A stretch of 64,000 nucleotides of DNA from Okamejei kenojei (GCA_035221665.1 CM069138.1:70246001-70310000), one strand, 5' to 3'; positions 49,421 through 63,190 are shown, counted from the stretch's first letter. The notes: a model not told the origin generated them from the sequence alone. Numbers and translations: made by a program.

Positions 49421-51689
49421 GTGTAAATGGAGTCACTTCATAATTATCACTTCCATTAATTGTTTATTTTTTATATATATTTTACCACCGTGACAGAGCT
49501 ATAGCATCACATTCTCTGTTAGAATATGTCAAATAGAATATGTCAAATCACATATTGTGTGTAAAATGAGTACAAATGTGTCTAATATTTTCATTTCAAA
49601 CAATATGAACAAGCACTGTAGCATTTAATTTATACTGCGATTCAGTTTTGTGCGAACTCAGAAAAGCTTACTGGATGGCATTTTCAATTGTATTGCCACA
49701 TAATTGCATTAATATTATTCAACGTACCATAATCTCCAGAGAAGGCAGAAACACATAAAATATAACGTCGCTCTGCTACCATAAATTGCAAAAACAGCCC
49801 CGAAAATACCTATATCTTTATCATTTTGCAGATGTTGCAGAACAGGTCCTGTAGTAGTACTCCACCTTAACTTCCTAAAGTCGCCGATTTTACCTTCAAA
49901 TTTGATGATGTGTCAAAGTCATTTACTGGTAATGAGTTCTCTGGAATTTTATTTTGCTTGGAATTTAATTAATGGTCTGAAGACTTTCCATTGTGATTTG
50001 AGCAAATGAATAATAAATCAAGAAAGGAGATTTGTCAGGGAAAGAACATCTGTTTCTTACAAGCATTACAACATGACTACAGTTTGGCTGTGCATTACCA
50101 AGGCACTGACAGTAGGAGTCCTCTCCTCGAAAGCGCTCTTCATTTATTGCTCCATTGAAGGTGAACAGAGCACTCTAATGGGTCTCTGGTGTTAATAAAA
50201 GCTTGCAGTTCTCAATTTCACATCCCTGCTTTTGGCTTCTTCTGTCCTTAGTCCATGCTTTGTTGGACAAAGCATCAAGATTCTGCAGTGTCAGTGGTTA
50301 CAGGATGATTAATAGGGGCAGACAAATTCATAAGCAAAATTGTTAACAAATGTTATAAAATCACCATTACATTGGTGTCAGGTGGCACTCCTTACCTTTG
50401 CTGTGCAAATGGCAAGATGATTGAAGTTAAGCAGATTGAGCTAAATTATTCAGGGAAAGGCTAAATAAGTGGCCCTGTTTCTCTCGCTATTAGACATTTC
50501 ACCGATAACAGCTACTACTCTAACAGGCGTTAATAAATGAATTATAGTGATATGAAATAATAACATTCTGTTTAATGATGATGTGCAGGTCTCACTTCTA
50601 TAATTGTTTTTTTTGTTGAATTAGTTATCGGTGAATGGAATGAGCCAGCATGTCACCAACGATAGAACAGATACACTTTTATCAAATCTCAAGTTTAATG
50701 TTTGAGCCAAAAATACAATTGTTTTTTTGTTAATGTTTAATTTTCTGTCAGCGAGTTTAATCTTTTTGTCTCCCATTATTGTTATGCCTATTTTTCCTGA
50801 AAAACACCCACTCCTTGAAATAATTTTCTGTAACAGACCTTTTGTATATTCTTCAAGTGATTCTTGACACAATATGTTGTGGACTATTTCACTGTTAAAT
50901 GTTTCAGATCCAAACGTGATGCCCTCCACTTGTGATATCCACACTCAATCACTTCCGAGAGGATAAGCAGGAAATTATTTAATGGTATACGTTCGATAAT
51001 CATTTGTGTTCCTGCACATTTTTAATTTTATTAACTAGTTAGCAATCTGGCTTGTGAACAGTGATATTTCTCCCCCCCTTTCCCAGGATAACGAATGATT
51101 ACATTTATCATTCCTTGTTGTTAACTATAACTGCATAATAAATATACATCTTTCAAATGTCCAATTCCTAAGTTTTGCATACAATGTTCACACAATGTCA
51201 TCCTTTCAAAGTACTTGTTATTTGCCTAAGAGCAAGTGTTAGACCTTGATTCTGCCAGACCGCAAGGGGACTGGAAGAATTTTAGAGTTGAGGGAGAATT
51301 AGAGTTAAAAAAAAAATCTATTTTTAAACCTATGATAACATTTCCCTGCGTCAGAAAATGTTGCAAAGCATTACTGATTTATTATTTGTATTTTTTGTTC
51401 TTTGTGAAAGAACGAGGTTCATTTGTTACCTGCGAGTTCCCTGGTGAACTAATTGCTTGTCCTGAATCACCTTCTCCACACTGGATGCCTCTGCATCATG
51501 ATAATTTTGGACTTCACAGCAAGTGCTTTAAAAATAATACATTTGAAGGGATTTGCAATATTTATCCCCAAGTCAAAACATGATTAAGAATCTTAAAAAA
51601 AAAAAAACAATATTGCATTGAAAAATATCTTCATATTTCAATGATTTATATTATACATGTGGGAGATATCAAATGATCATATGAGGATC

Positions 51690-52185
51690 ATAGACATACA
51701 GCCATAGGACACAGAAAGAGGTTCTTTGGCCCAACATCTCAATGCTGAACATCGAGTACATATCTAAACTAATCTTATTTTCCAGCATTTAACCCATTGC
51801 CTTCTATACCTTGGCAATTCAAGTACTCATATAGACAGTTCTTAAATGTTACGAGAACCTCTGCCTCCACCAACTGTTCAAGCTGTAGGTTACAGATTTG
51901 TAAGCATCCTCTGGATCAAAAAAGAGCTTCCTCATCCCCTACAAACCTCCTACTACTTAAATAAAACCATGTTCTCTGGTGTTAGACACCTCTGCAATGG
52001 GTAAAGTTTCCTACAATCTACACTATGTAGGTCCTTACCCTTCATCTTGCGCAACCCTTCATATTCTCCTCAGGGGCCCTCTCATCTGCCTCTGCTCCAA
52101 GGGAAACAAATCAAGCCTATCCAGGTAACTAAAATTCTCTATCCTAGGCAATCTTCTGGTGAATTTTATTAAGCCTCTCCATTTT
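51690..52185 (-). mobile_element. Old CR1 3' fragment
   Basis: Diverged similarity to other CR1 3' ends in the window. Confidence 0.55.
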
Positions 52186-52212
52186 GGCTATGAACTACCT
52201 GATTTGGGGACT

Positions 52213-52465
52213 AAACTTTAGAGATACAGCATGGAAACATGCCCACCGAGTCTGCGTCACCCCACATACTAACACAATTTACAATTTACAAAAGCCAATT
52301 AACCTGCAACCTGCACATCTTTGCTGTGTGGGAGGAAACTGCAGCATCCGGAGAAAACCCATCCGATCACTGGGAGAACATTCAAACTCCGTACAGACAG
52401 CGCCCGTAGTCAGAATAGCACTCGGAACTCTGGCGCTGTAAGGCAGCAACTCCAACTCTGCAGCC
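52213..52465 (-). mobile_element. HE1-like SINE
   Basis: gggaggaaactgcagcatccggagaaaaccc...tctggcgctgtaaggcagcaact. Confidence 0.8.
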
Positions 52466-54189
52466 CGAACAAGGAATTTAGGCCTGATTGCTTTCTAAAT
52501 TGCACTTTGCAAAATGTTATTCATGAAGTCTTTCCTTTCAATCTAGTACTGATATTATCATGATGCTACTGATTTATTATGAAGAGTAATAAATGCCAAG
52601 TTCAGAAATGCTTTATAAATCACTTTTCAATCATAATTATTCAGCCTCATCAAAGAACCTTAATAAACCTGGTTTAAGAAACATTCATATATAGTGATTA
52701 CGTTATTTGTATTTTGTTCTTTAACTCCAGTACATGATATTGCCTGAACTTCTCACTAAAAATAAAGTGTGTTTTATTCTGGTGGCAGGAATGTAGAAAT
52801 GTTGTCTGGTACAGTTCTCACACTCATATATGTGAGTTGATGATATTGATTTTATCTTTGGGTTGTAATCCACTATATCTTATACTCTTCCCAGCAATGT
52901 GTAAGAGTTCTTTAAGTGTAAATATTTGACCAAAAAGCAGAATCCTTAGCCAGTTCATTTTAAATGTTAAGACATGAACCCTGTCACTGTACCATCAGGG
53001 TGAGACATACACACTAATTCCAAATTATCATTGACTAAGATTCATAATCAACAATGTGCCCTGGGGAGTTGAATACATAATCCACTGCGGACTGTCTAGA
53101 GTCAAATGTCTACCACTGTGGAACTAACTATACTGTCAATGACCCAGGTACAAAAATACATTATTATCAATATAAACATGAAGTTAAATGATAAAGATTT
53201 TATGAAAGGCACTATGCTAGGGTTAATGTTAAGAACAAAGCATACAATATACTTATAGCTATTGGTACAAATGGTCATTCGAGTATGAAGGATTCCCATA
53301 TAGAATTATCTTTGTATAATGTTCAGGTTATCACTATAAGAGAAAGCTTATGTATAACTGAAACAGTTAACATGATTGGGGACAGAGGGAATAGATTTGA
53401 AGTTTAATTGAAAGAAGAACCAGATGTTGTAAGTTGTTATGATCTAGAATGCACTATCTAATAGGGTGCCAGATGTAGATTTAATCATAACTTACAAAAG
53501 GTTTGTGTCTTTGAAAGGTAAAGTGAAATATTGGGGGAAGGGGAGAGGGTGAAGTTCAAGGATTAAAAATGACTGAATAGTTCTTTAAAAGAATAAGCTC
53601 AGGCACGATGGGCAAATGATTTCTGAACATGCAGCAAGGCTCCATGGTTGTTTTATAATATTCTTCATGTAGAAGGATAACTGCAAATTAATAAGCAACT
53701 GAATCTGAGGCAATGCAGTTCTCACTTATTACTTACTCCTAAATAATGGCGTACACAAACTGCAGGAAAATGGGGAATATGTTGGGAAAAATTGCAGCAG
53801 GGTTTCCAGTATGGATCGAAAGGAGAACATCAGGGTATACAGGTTCTTAGTTGTTTTAGTGAGGTGGACTAGAAAAGGGAACAAATGAACCACAGCAGAC
53901 AAATAACTACGGAGTTATTAGATAGCAAGTACCACTGGATGGACCACTCTGCAGGAGCACTATAGTTAACTGAGCAGCTAGGCACAGCCTTGCCTTTAAG
54001 GGCTTAGACATCATCACCAGCTAACCAGGAGCCCTTCCTGTATTTCCTCTGTTGCTGATCATCAGAATGTTCGCTTGGCTACTATGCAAAAATAAAGATA
54101 ACAATACTAGCTTACCGTTCCAAAACAAATGTATAAATCAAAGCATGCCAAACCTGGGAAAACAAATTACAAACTGTTCACATGAGTGC

Positions 54190-54366
54190 CGCTGTGGAGC
54201 AGCTGGTAGATCTGTTGCCTCATGGGGGGTTTCTCCGGGTGCTCTGGTTTCCTTACACATTCCAAAAGACATCCACGTTTGTAGGTTAATTGGCTTCTGC
54301 AAATAATCCCAAGTGTGTAGGACAGTGCTAGTATATGGTGTGAGCGCAGGTCGGTACGGATTTGGT
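54190..54366 (+). mobile_element. HE1-like SINE fragment
   Basis: ttctccgggtgctctggtttccttacacattccaaaagac...tgtaggttaattggcttctg. Confidence 0.7.
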
Positions 54367-54901
54367 AGTTTTATGAGGAGTTACGTTGGTGATTACGTGA
54401 AGAACCCCGTCCAGGCCGCATACGCGTCAATCTTCAAAGCAGTGGTATGAAATCACAAATAACAACACCAAAGTGACATAGTAAGTTGCGTGACGCGAGA
54501 ACTACCAGATGATCTTTATGAGAGAGGGTTGGGCGTGGAGGGCACGTAATCACCAACGTAACTCCTCATAAAATTAAGATCAAACTCCAAACTGGAAAGT
54601 TCTCGTTTAATCTTATAATTTTACTTCGGAGTCACGTGAGTGATTCCGTGAAGAGTTCGAAGCTTTGTGATTTCATGCCGCAGATCCAAATCTCAGCGTC
54701 TCACTGCATCGATTGACTTAGGATAAATGAATAATCAAAAATGCATTAAGCATGATATTGATTGAAATGTATTAATGGTTTACGTTAATAATGAAATCAA
54801 TAGAAACCCCAGTAACTCAGGAGAGGCTAAAGTGGACGCAAAACAGAATGGGCAAAACCCCAGGTCAATAACCGACCTATGGTAAAATTTTTTAAATCAA
54901 T

Positions 54902-55320
54902 TTAGTTGACCATCCTGCGGTCGCGAAGGATATGGTTGATGGGCATGTCCATTGCCCTGGCCACTGACGTTGATGCTGACCTGGTGGAATGAGATATACA
55001 ATCGTCAGTGTTAATACCTGCATAATCCAGATCGTGCTGCAGCCACCTTGAAATAGTCTGAACTGACCTTCCTTTGTGTAGTTGTTTGTTGATTAATAAA
55101 CAATGCAGATTCCACACTTCTTAGGATTCTGGTGGCCTTGATATAATATAGCAAGCCTGCCCTCCCACATAGACGTTAGACCGTGGGGTATCCGAAAATG
55201 ATCTTAAATCCTGCCACCCCTGATCTGCTCTGCTTGTGTAGCTCAGAATGTAAAATGTAACGGCACCTGCAGCCAGTTCCATCCTATCCAGCCACAGCAT
55301 TTGCAATATTTGCTGTCGTT
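54902..55320 (-). pseudogene. DIRS tyrosine recombinase C-terminal remnant
   Basis: TISRWL...AGINT....HSTRSASTS.A....I..IL, containing the H-x-x-R catalytic box. Confidence 0.82.
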
Positions 55321-55634
55321 GTGCTCATATTAGTGTAATAACTAAGGATGTAGCTGGAACCCCTTGGTGAAGTAATGTTAACACATTTTCAATAACCAAC
55401 TGCATATTCTTGTAGTGGGAGAACATGTGTCAAGATCTCTTTAACAACTCGATATCCGGGTTGAACCCGACAGAGTGGTTCCCATTTATTGCAGCAGTAG
55501 TGTCTCTATAACTGAATTATTGTCAAATACCATTTAAGAATAAACTGGAAGATGTCATGAATCTGTACTGTATTAAATGTAACATTAACATTTAAACAAA
55601 ATCACTTCTGATCCCCTCAATAGGAATGTACTGC

Positions 55635-55705
55635 TTTTTTGGGTGCTATCTTTGCAGTGCTCACTTTGCAGTGCTCACTTTGGGTGCTCACTTTGCAGTG
55701 AGCAC
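55635..55705. repeat. Short tandem repeat, 13-14 bp unit (ctttgcagtgctca)
   Basis: About five degenerate copies read directly. Confidence 0.8.
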
Positions 55706-56480
55706 ATTCATGACTTGATGTGACAACCTGAGCCACAAGTCAATCCATTCAAAATGTGTAAGTCAATAATTGTTTTATTATGCAAAGGCCGGTCTCCTGA
55801 ACCACAGTTTGAACCAGCAAGTTTTCGTTTTTTGGAATAACCGTTGTATTATTATGCCTGATGAAGCAGGCAACATGGCTGCTTAGCCAGTCCGACAGTA
55901 CGAACCCAAGCGAGGTCTTGCTGACTGTTTTAAGACCCGGCTAATGAGGCAAAAAATGGAGGGACATAAAAGAACATTCCTCCTTTTGTAGCGAGAATGT
56001 ATTTCTCTGCACGGTTGTGCCACATATTTTTGCAATCAGTGAATAAACATGAACCAACATGTCGATATTCGATGTAGCATTGAACCATACTTTCATAATA
56101 CTTTGAGATCCAATACCTATTCTGTGTTGTCATCGAACTGAACTGGACGATACACCAGTGGAAAAGGAGATTAGGTCATTATTACAGGATATTTTTACTT
56201 CATTGCCATGTGACTAACATATGTCACCATCGCAGTAGCAACTTGAAGTTAAGCATGTAGAATATGTATATTTGCTCAATAGCCCCTTACCCATGGGGTG
56301 CATCTAGTGTATATCTTTAGTTGATACCAACAATTGAAGAATTGGTAACTCATGCAAATCTCCAGTACCTCCAATTAGAGACGGTATTCGGAACTTCTCA
56401 CCTTAGTGTCCTTAGCATCAGTTTGTAATAACTGAATTAGACCGACAAAACTACTGGAGCAAGTTCAAGTAAGTTTATTG

Positions 56481-56528
56481 TCATGTTCAGCAATGCTGAA
56501 TACTGTTTTTCAGCATTGCTGAACATGA
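56481..56528. repeat. Perfect 20-bp inverted repeat with an 8-nt spacer
   Basis: tcatgttcagcaatgctgaa / ttcagcattgctgaacatga. Confidence 0.9.
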
Positions 56529-57339
56529 ACTAGGAGCTCTGTCCTGCCGGTCTGGTGCTTGCGCTAATGCGGCTGATGTACTGACACGCATGCAGCCTGG
56601 ACGGGGCTCTTCACGGAATCACTCACGTGACTCCAAAGTAAAATCTCTCCTCCAGCTTCATATCATCCTGTACTCCAAGGGGAAGTCACATTAATGTCTG
56701 GGACCTATTAGTTTGCACTGCATCCTTGAAGTCAAAACAAAGTCATTTTGTCCCTGGCGCATCACTTCTTGCAAACTTTAGTGACATTATAGAACTCTAC
56801 AAAGCATCAAATACTCGCACAACTACAAGAGCAGCCAGTGGAAATCAATCAGCTGTTAATTAGTAATTAATTAATGATCACCATAAATAGAACTGGTATA
56901 GGAAACCTTTTGGCTGTTGTACATGTGCACAGCAGTGCAAGGTTAAGAAAGGGCATTAATTGGAGCACTAATGTTCAGTTTCAGGAAACTGCTTGATGCT
57001 GCTTGATTCTTGTGTTGCCATAACAAACAAGATTTTAATTGTACCTCTGACTCACCATACCTGTACATGTGACAATAAACTTGACTTGACATGCCATCTG
57101 AACAATTTTGAACATTTTTTGGCAGAATTATAGACGATTGTTTCTACTGGGTGTGTTTCTCACTATTCTTCAGAGAGGTGGAGGTGCAATTTATTAACAG
57201 AAAGAATCACATTCTTAACCAGAAACATATAAAATTGATGAAGGTGTAAAGGATGTTCAGCCCAATCCTGATTATCAATCTCAATACCATGTTCCCATTT
57301 TGTCTCCGTGCCAGTAGAAGCCTTTTTCATCCACAAAGT

Positions 57340-57860
57340 TTGCTCTATCTGCTTCATAAAAACATTCAGTGATTTGGCATCTACTGCCTTCTGCAGTAGC
57401 CTGAGTAAAGATATGTTTCTACGTCCCTTTTTTTACCACCTGTGGAAATACCTTAACTAGGTAAAATGTCCTCCCAACATCCAATCTGTCTAGTCTTGAC
57501 AGAATGTTGTTGTACGTTTCAACTAAATCATCTCTCTCATTCTTATAAATTCTAAAGAGTGTGGGCTTAATCTTTTTAACCTCATCTGATAGGATAACCG
57601 TTCTCTTCCACGCAACCCAGGAATCAAACTGATGAACATTCATTGCACTCCCCCTATCCCAAGTATATCATAGATACATAGACATAGATAAATAGACAAT
57701 AGGTGCAGGAGTAGGCCATTTGGTCCTTCGAGCCAGCACCGCCATTCAATGTGATCATGGCTGATCATCTACAATCAGTACCCATTCCTGGCTTCTCCCC
57801 AAATCCCTTGATTCCGCTAGCCCTAAGAGCTCTATCTAACACTCTTTTGAATGCATCCAT
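57340..57860 (-). mobile_element. Two CR1 3' fragments (old about 57340-57668, younger about 57669-57860)
   Basis: DLVETY..L..LDRLD remnant; ggagtaggccatttggtccttcgagccagcacc tail. Confidence 0.7.
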
Positions 57861-60310
57861 GAATATCGACTCCATGCACATTGAACGGGATAGCACAGGA
57901 ATAGGCCCTTCTGCTCACTATGTCCATGCCGACCACGATGGCAATCACGGAAGAGATGCAATACTTTCAGTGATTCAGCAATATAATTTCAGCAATTATT
58001 GGATGCTATGAATGAAAATTCAATTTTGAGTTTTGAAATCTGGGTGAAAGACTCTTCTGATTCACAATACGGTTTGGTCAATCTAAGTGAAAGACTCATA
58101 CGATTCACGATACTGTTGCTTGATGATCACAATGCAAAGTTAAATCTTACATAACTTAGAATTTCCTAATAAGACACTTATTAGTAATCTCAGAAGTCCA
58201 ACAATGGAAGTACAGAGATTCTTGGAGGTACATGGATATATCCAATGAAGCTAGCTTTTACATCATGAATGGTCAGTGTGGCTCATATTGAGCATCTTAT
58301 TGTTGTGCAATGCTTAATAACATCCCAAATGTTTCATCACATAGTCTGAGCTTTTCACTTGGGAGATCATATTGGATTTGACACTGATGTCCAATAAATC
58401 TGACTATAATATGAAAGCTGACTCCAATAGTTTGGAATCTAATTGATGAGGAGATTCAACTTATTTTGCCCCAGTTTAACCAGCTGTTTCTTCCCCTCCT
58501 TAGATGCTGTAGCCATTTTCGGCTGAAGTGCACCATGTGGTTTGAAATCTGCGCTGTAGTATTATTTGCATACAATTATCATGACAATTAAGTTGCCACT
58601 TCTGCTTGGTCACAAGCAAAGAACACCAATATTATTCCATTTGCCCCAGTTATTTGCAGTGAAGTTTCAGCAAAATGAAAATTTTCCGAGGAGAGGTTTT
58701 TGCCAGATGGTACATTATAACTTAATCTTGGGTTGCTTATATCAGGGCTTCTCCAGAAACTCTGAGCCCTCTCTTAGAGAAGTCTAATGAAAGTCTTTAT
58801 TATCATCTCCATATTGTAGTGTATACACAATAAAGTACAGCTTCAGCTCTGCCAGGGGTTGATGGTGCTTCTGAGGGAGTGAAATCGTCACACTCTCTAG
58901 TTTAATTGTTTATGCTAATTGCAATTTATTGACTCAGATGCAAATGGTAAGCCAGCCAAAGTGAAATTTTATGATGAGTGAACTCCCCCCACTTTTGCAA
59001 AAATTGGAAGTATGAAACAGGAAAGGCTCAAATGAGCCGAGGATGGTCTTAATGGTTGGGTTTTAATGGGGAAGGCGAAATTAAGACTGATTTATGTGGT
59101 CAACTCCCTGTTTTCCTCATCAGCTCATTTGGCAGGAAAAATGGAAAAGTGATTGTTCCTCTTGGATGAGAGGCTGCAAACCGTTATTTATTGACTGAAA
59201 TTAATCGCTGTTTATCCTTCATTCATGTGTAACTCTCTCCATCAGCATTATGAAATGCAACACCTCCAGCAAGTCACATGCTACTCAATAAAAGTAGCAC
59301 AGTATCAGATGAGGCATGCCTTTAATTTCTGCAATATGAAAGTTAATGAAAATTCCTAAACACAACAAAACAGCTTTGTGTTCCTATAAGAACAAACAAA
59401 TTAGACCATTTGGTGCATTGCATCTGTCAGAATTTCTTTACTAATTGATTCCCTGCTAATTATTGTTAATATTAATGGTACCTAATATATTATGGATGTA
59501 GTTACTCTTATTAGGGCACTAAATCAATTCAACTTTATACATTGCTTCCACATGCTCCTTCCTTTCAAGAAGGTGACAGACTGCCTTTTCTAGATTTTTA
59601 TTTTGCATTAAAGTATTTTATTTAATTAAACGAATTTGTCCTTCCCTCTTGTTTTACAGAACACAACTCATGTCAATATTCAACAGAGTTTAAAACTCCT
59701 ACAGAAAATGACACTAAACTGAAAAATAACTGTACTCTATGACAAAAAGGAATAATGTCAAAAATTAAACAGTCGTGCAAATTGTAAACCTTGGAAATGA
59801 AAATCCAGACAGAAACCATACAATGAATATTAGAGTGGCACTATTGTAAAAATAGAACCATCTGAATTATTAATGTACAAATCAGACTTGTCAGCGGCAT
59901 TTCATTCCAGAATGTTTGGCTTTTTTTGCAGCTATTTCAGACAGACTTCAGGACTAATCATTCGTAGCAAAGCTGTTATTGTGAAGTGAGGCTGCAATGA
60001 AAGCCAGGCAGAGATGTTGTGTAAAAACAATCACTATAATCATTTGGTTATTGTGTGACTGGCCTTTTTCTGAATGAGTTTGAAGCATTAGAAATGTTGC
60101 AATAACCATCATTGGTGCATTTTAGGTGCTGTCAGACCTTCTTCTTCTCTAAGAAAATCTCCACTACTTTGGAATCATCTGTTAGAGTAAAGATAACCTT
60201 TGGATCCTTTTCTCATTACCGATCATTTAACCTGATGCCCTCATCTCTGACGAGTGCAAAGGGTTTCTGGACTTTGTTTCCTTGGTTTTTTTCTAGTTCT
60301 TACCTTGTCC

Positions 60311-60471
60311 NNNNNNNNNNNNNNNNNNNNNNNNNNNNNNNNNNNNNNNNNNNNNNNNNNNNNNNNNNNNNNNNNNNNNNNNNNNNNNNNNNNNNNNNNN
60401 NNNNNNNNNNNNNNNNNNNNNNNNNNNNNNNNNNNNNNNNNNNNNNNNNNNNNNNNNNNNNNNNNNNNNNN
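60311..60471. other. Assembly gap (161 N)
   Basis: Run of n characters. Confidence 1.
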
Positions 60472-60682
60472 TTGTCTCTGTCATAAAGTCATGAAGGAAG
60501 GAAACAGGCATCACCATGATGCCCATCTGAGCTAGTACCATTTGCCCTCGTTTGGCCCACATACCATTTTCAGTTTAGTTTATTGTCACATGTACCAAGG
60601 TACAGTGAAAAGCTTCTGCATTCTTTCCAGCTTAATAGCATCTTTCCTATATCAGAGCGAACAAAATTGAACAATATACTAA

Positions 60683-60980
60683 AGGGTCTGTCCCACTTTC
60701 CCGAGTTACTCACAAATTCTCCCGAGTTTTCCCCTTGATTCAAATTCGGAGAATGTCTGTAGCGAGTCTGTAGGAGTCCGTAGATATATCGTAGCGGCTT
60801 GTTATGCCAGCCGTAAGTACTCGGGGCATCAGGTAAGTCTGGCCGTTTTTTCGAGCATGACAAAAAAAAACCTAGAGTAAAAAGATAGTCGGGAGGAGGA
60901 GTTTGTAGATCACAAAAATCTTGATTTTTTTTAAGGTCCTTTCAACTTGGCAGAGGACTCGGGAAAGTAGGACAGGCCCT
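60683..60980. mobile_element. PIF/Harbinger-like MITE (298 bp)
   Basis: 24-bp TIR AGGGTCTGTCCCACTTTCCCGAGT (2 mismatches between ends); TAA TSD at 60680-60682 and 60981-60983. Confidence 0.88.
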
Positions 60981-61409
60981 TAAGTGTGGCTTCTCCATCT
61001 GCAACATAGTATCCCAAATTCCATAATAAATGTCCTGATCTATGAAAGCCAGCGTACCAAACAATTTCCTCACCATGCTTTCTACCTGTGGCACCACTTA
61101 AGGAACTATGCACTTCTACACCTCAGCTCTGTTCTGCTCCATTCCCCAGATCCCAGCTGTTCACTGTGAAAGTCCAACCCTGGTTTTGACTTCCCAAAAT
61201 GCAACTCCTTGCTTAATTAAATTAAACTCCATCTCTCATTCCTCGGCCCACTTACCCATTGATCAAGATCCTATGTTAATTCTTGATAACCATTTCTCTG
61301 TCTACAAAACCACCTATTTCAGTGTCACCTGCAAACTTATTGACCATGCCTTGTTTTTTCCTCATTCAAATAGATGTTAAGAGAAATTATGAATAACATT
61401 GGACTTAAC

Positions 61410-61722
61410 AGTACGGTGTTGCAGCTGGTAGAGCTGCTGCCTCACAGCGCCAGACGCCTGGTTCAATCCTGATCTCAGGTACTGTCAATGTGGAGTTTGC
61501 TCTTTCTTCGTGTGACTGTATGAGATTCCTTCAGGTGCACCAGCTTCCTCCCACATCCTAAAGAAGCGAGGGTTTGTAGGTTAATTGGCCTTCGTAAAAT
61601 TGACCCTAATGAGAAAGTGAGGAAAACATAGAACTAGTGTGAAAGGGTGATCGATGGTCAGTAGGGATTCAAATAGGCCAAAAGTCCTATTTCCATACTA
61701 TAGCCATAAACAAAACTAAACC
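61410..61722 (+). mobile_element. HE1-like SINE inserted in an old CR1 fragment (about 60990-62000, minus)
   Basis: ggtgttgcagctggtagagctgctgcctcacagcgccag...ggttcaatcctga head; flanking SCLTN.I.F.EE CR1 remnant at 61807..61998. Confidence 0.78.
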
Positions 61723-63059
61723 AATGAATCCTGAGCCTCACCACAGAACAAGATTGTAACATCACCCTTTACTTGCTACCGTAAAGATTCGTATGTATTC
61801 AATTAGCTAGCTCACCCTGGATCCCATGTGATCTAATCTTCCAAAGCAGGCTACCACGAACCTTATCATAGGCTTTGCTGTAGTTCGTATAAGGCTATGC
61901 CTACTGTCCTCATCGACCTTCTTGGGTATTTCTTCAAGAAACATAATTGAATTTGTGAGACATGACCTCCAATGAACATCCAACTCCTGTCTTACCAAAT
62001 GTATATGTAGCTTATCCCTCCACAGATGCTACTTGACCTGCTGATGTTCCTCCTGCACTTCATTTTTTACTCAAGATTAAAAGCTTGGAACATTAGTTGT
62101 GCTGCCCACACTAGAGCAGCACAATGGCACAGAGAGTGTAGGTCTGCTGCCTCAAATCTCACCAACCTGGCTCAAGACTGACCTCCGCGGTTGTCTGCTG
62201 GAGTTAGCACACCCTCCTGAATCCTCGGGGTACTCCGGTTTCCTCGCAGATCCCAACAATAGTCAAGTTGATAGGTTATTTGACCACTGCAAATTGCCAA
62301 TGGTGTGTACAGTAGGTGAGTTGAAGGATTGGCAAGGTTGCATATGGGCATCCCTATCTATCCTACAAACCTGCCCAACATCACCCATCTTCCCAGTTTA
62401 TGAATTCTATGTCTATCCAGTGGTGAACATGAACAACTCCAAATTCCCAATTACCACCACCAAGTATAGTCTCCTACCTGTCAGGGACAAAGTCATTCTT
62501 AGACAAGGTGGACCGAAGGGGTTGTTTCAATGCTGCGTAACTCTATGCTACATGACCGATTCTTGCCTGTTTTGACATGAAAGGTAACATCTCTTGGGAC
62601 TCGGGTTTTGGAGATCAGATGTTTCCCCACTCATGTCGTCCTATCATTTATTCTGGTCACACACCTTTACTTTAGAAAGATAGTTGCTAGGAATGCATCA
62701 ATATCTACAGTTGACACTGCAACATGTACCACTGCTTCTCAAGTGACTCAGTAAGATCATAGACCCAATATGTACAGGAGGCACGGAAGCCCTTGGGAAG
62801 TATGGTGATGGATATCAGGGCAGGCAGGCCCAGTGATATACATCACCATAAGATACTTTAGTTAAAGTATTTCAATAATGTATCAGGTAAACATTTGGAA
62901 TATTGGACCATCTTTTCATTAATTATCCCATCGGAGTAGCTCCTTCAAAATCACATCTGCTAATGTGAATTGCTTCGATGGTACCTCTACATGTAATTTC
63001 TTTGAATATTTATTGGGCTTGTTCTCACTGGAGCGAGACCAAATCATTAGTCAAGAAGG

Positions 63060-63190
63060 TTCTGAAGAAAGGTCTCAACCAGAAATGTCACCTATCCATG
63101 TTCTCCAGAGATGCTGTCTGACCTGCTGAGTTACTTCAGCATGTTGTATCCTTGTGTGTAAACCAGCATCTGCAAATCTTTGTTTCAACA
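63060..63190 (+). mobile_element. Penelope-type 3' terminal repeat
   Basis: tctgaagaaaggtctcaaccagaaatgtcacc...ctccagagatgctg...ccagcatctgca. Confidence 0.7.

Larger units (their letters stand above)
54369..56644 (-). mobile_element. DIRS-type retrotransposon, decayed (RNase H/methyltransferase/tyrosine recombinase remnants; no recognisable gag or RT)
   Basis: ITRs at 54396-54429 and 56582-56615; complete ICR at about 54543-54655 complementary to both termini; YR motif HSTRSASTS. Confidence 0.88.

Noticed and set aside
58044-58113. CRISPR-like direct repeat pair
   Set aside because: Only two imperfect copies with a 16-nt spacer, eukaryotic context, no cas genes
60112-60562. ORFs spanning 60112-60562
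   Set aside because: Inflated by the 161-N gap
62099-62575. 158-aa ORF
   Set aside because: Largely overlaps a degenerate SINE; no recognisable protein motif
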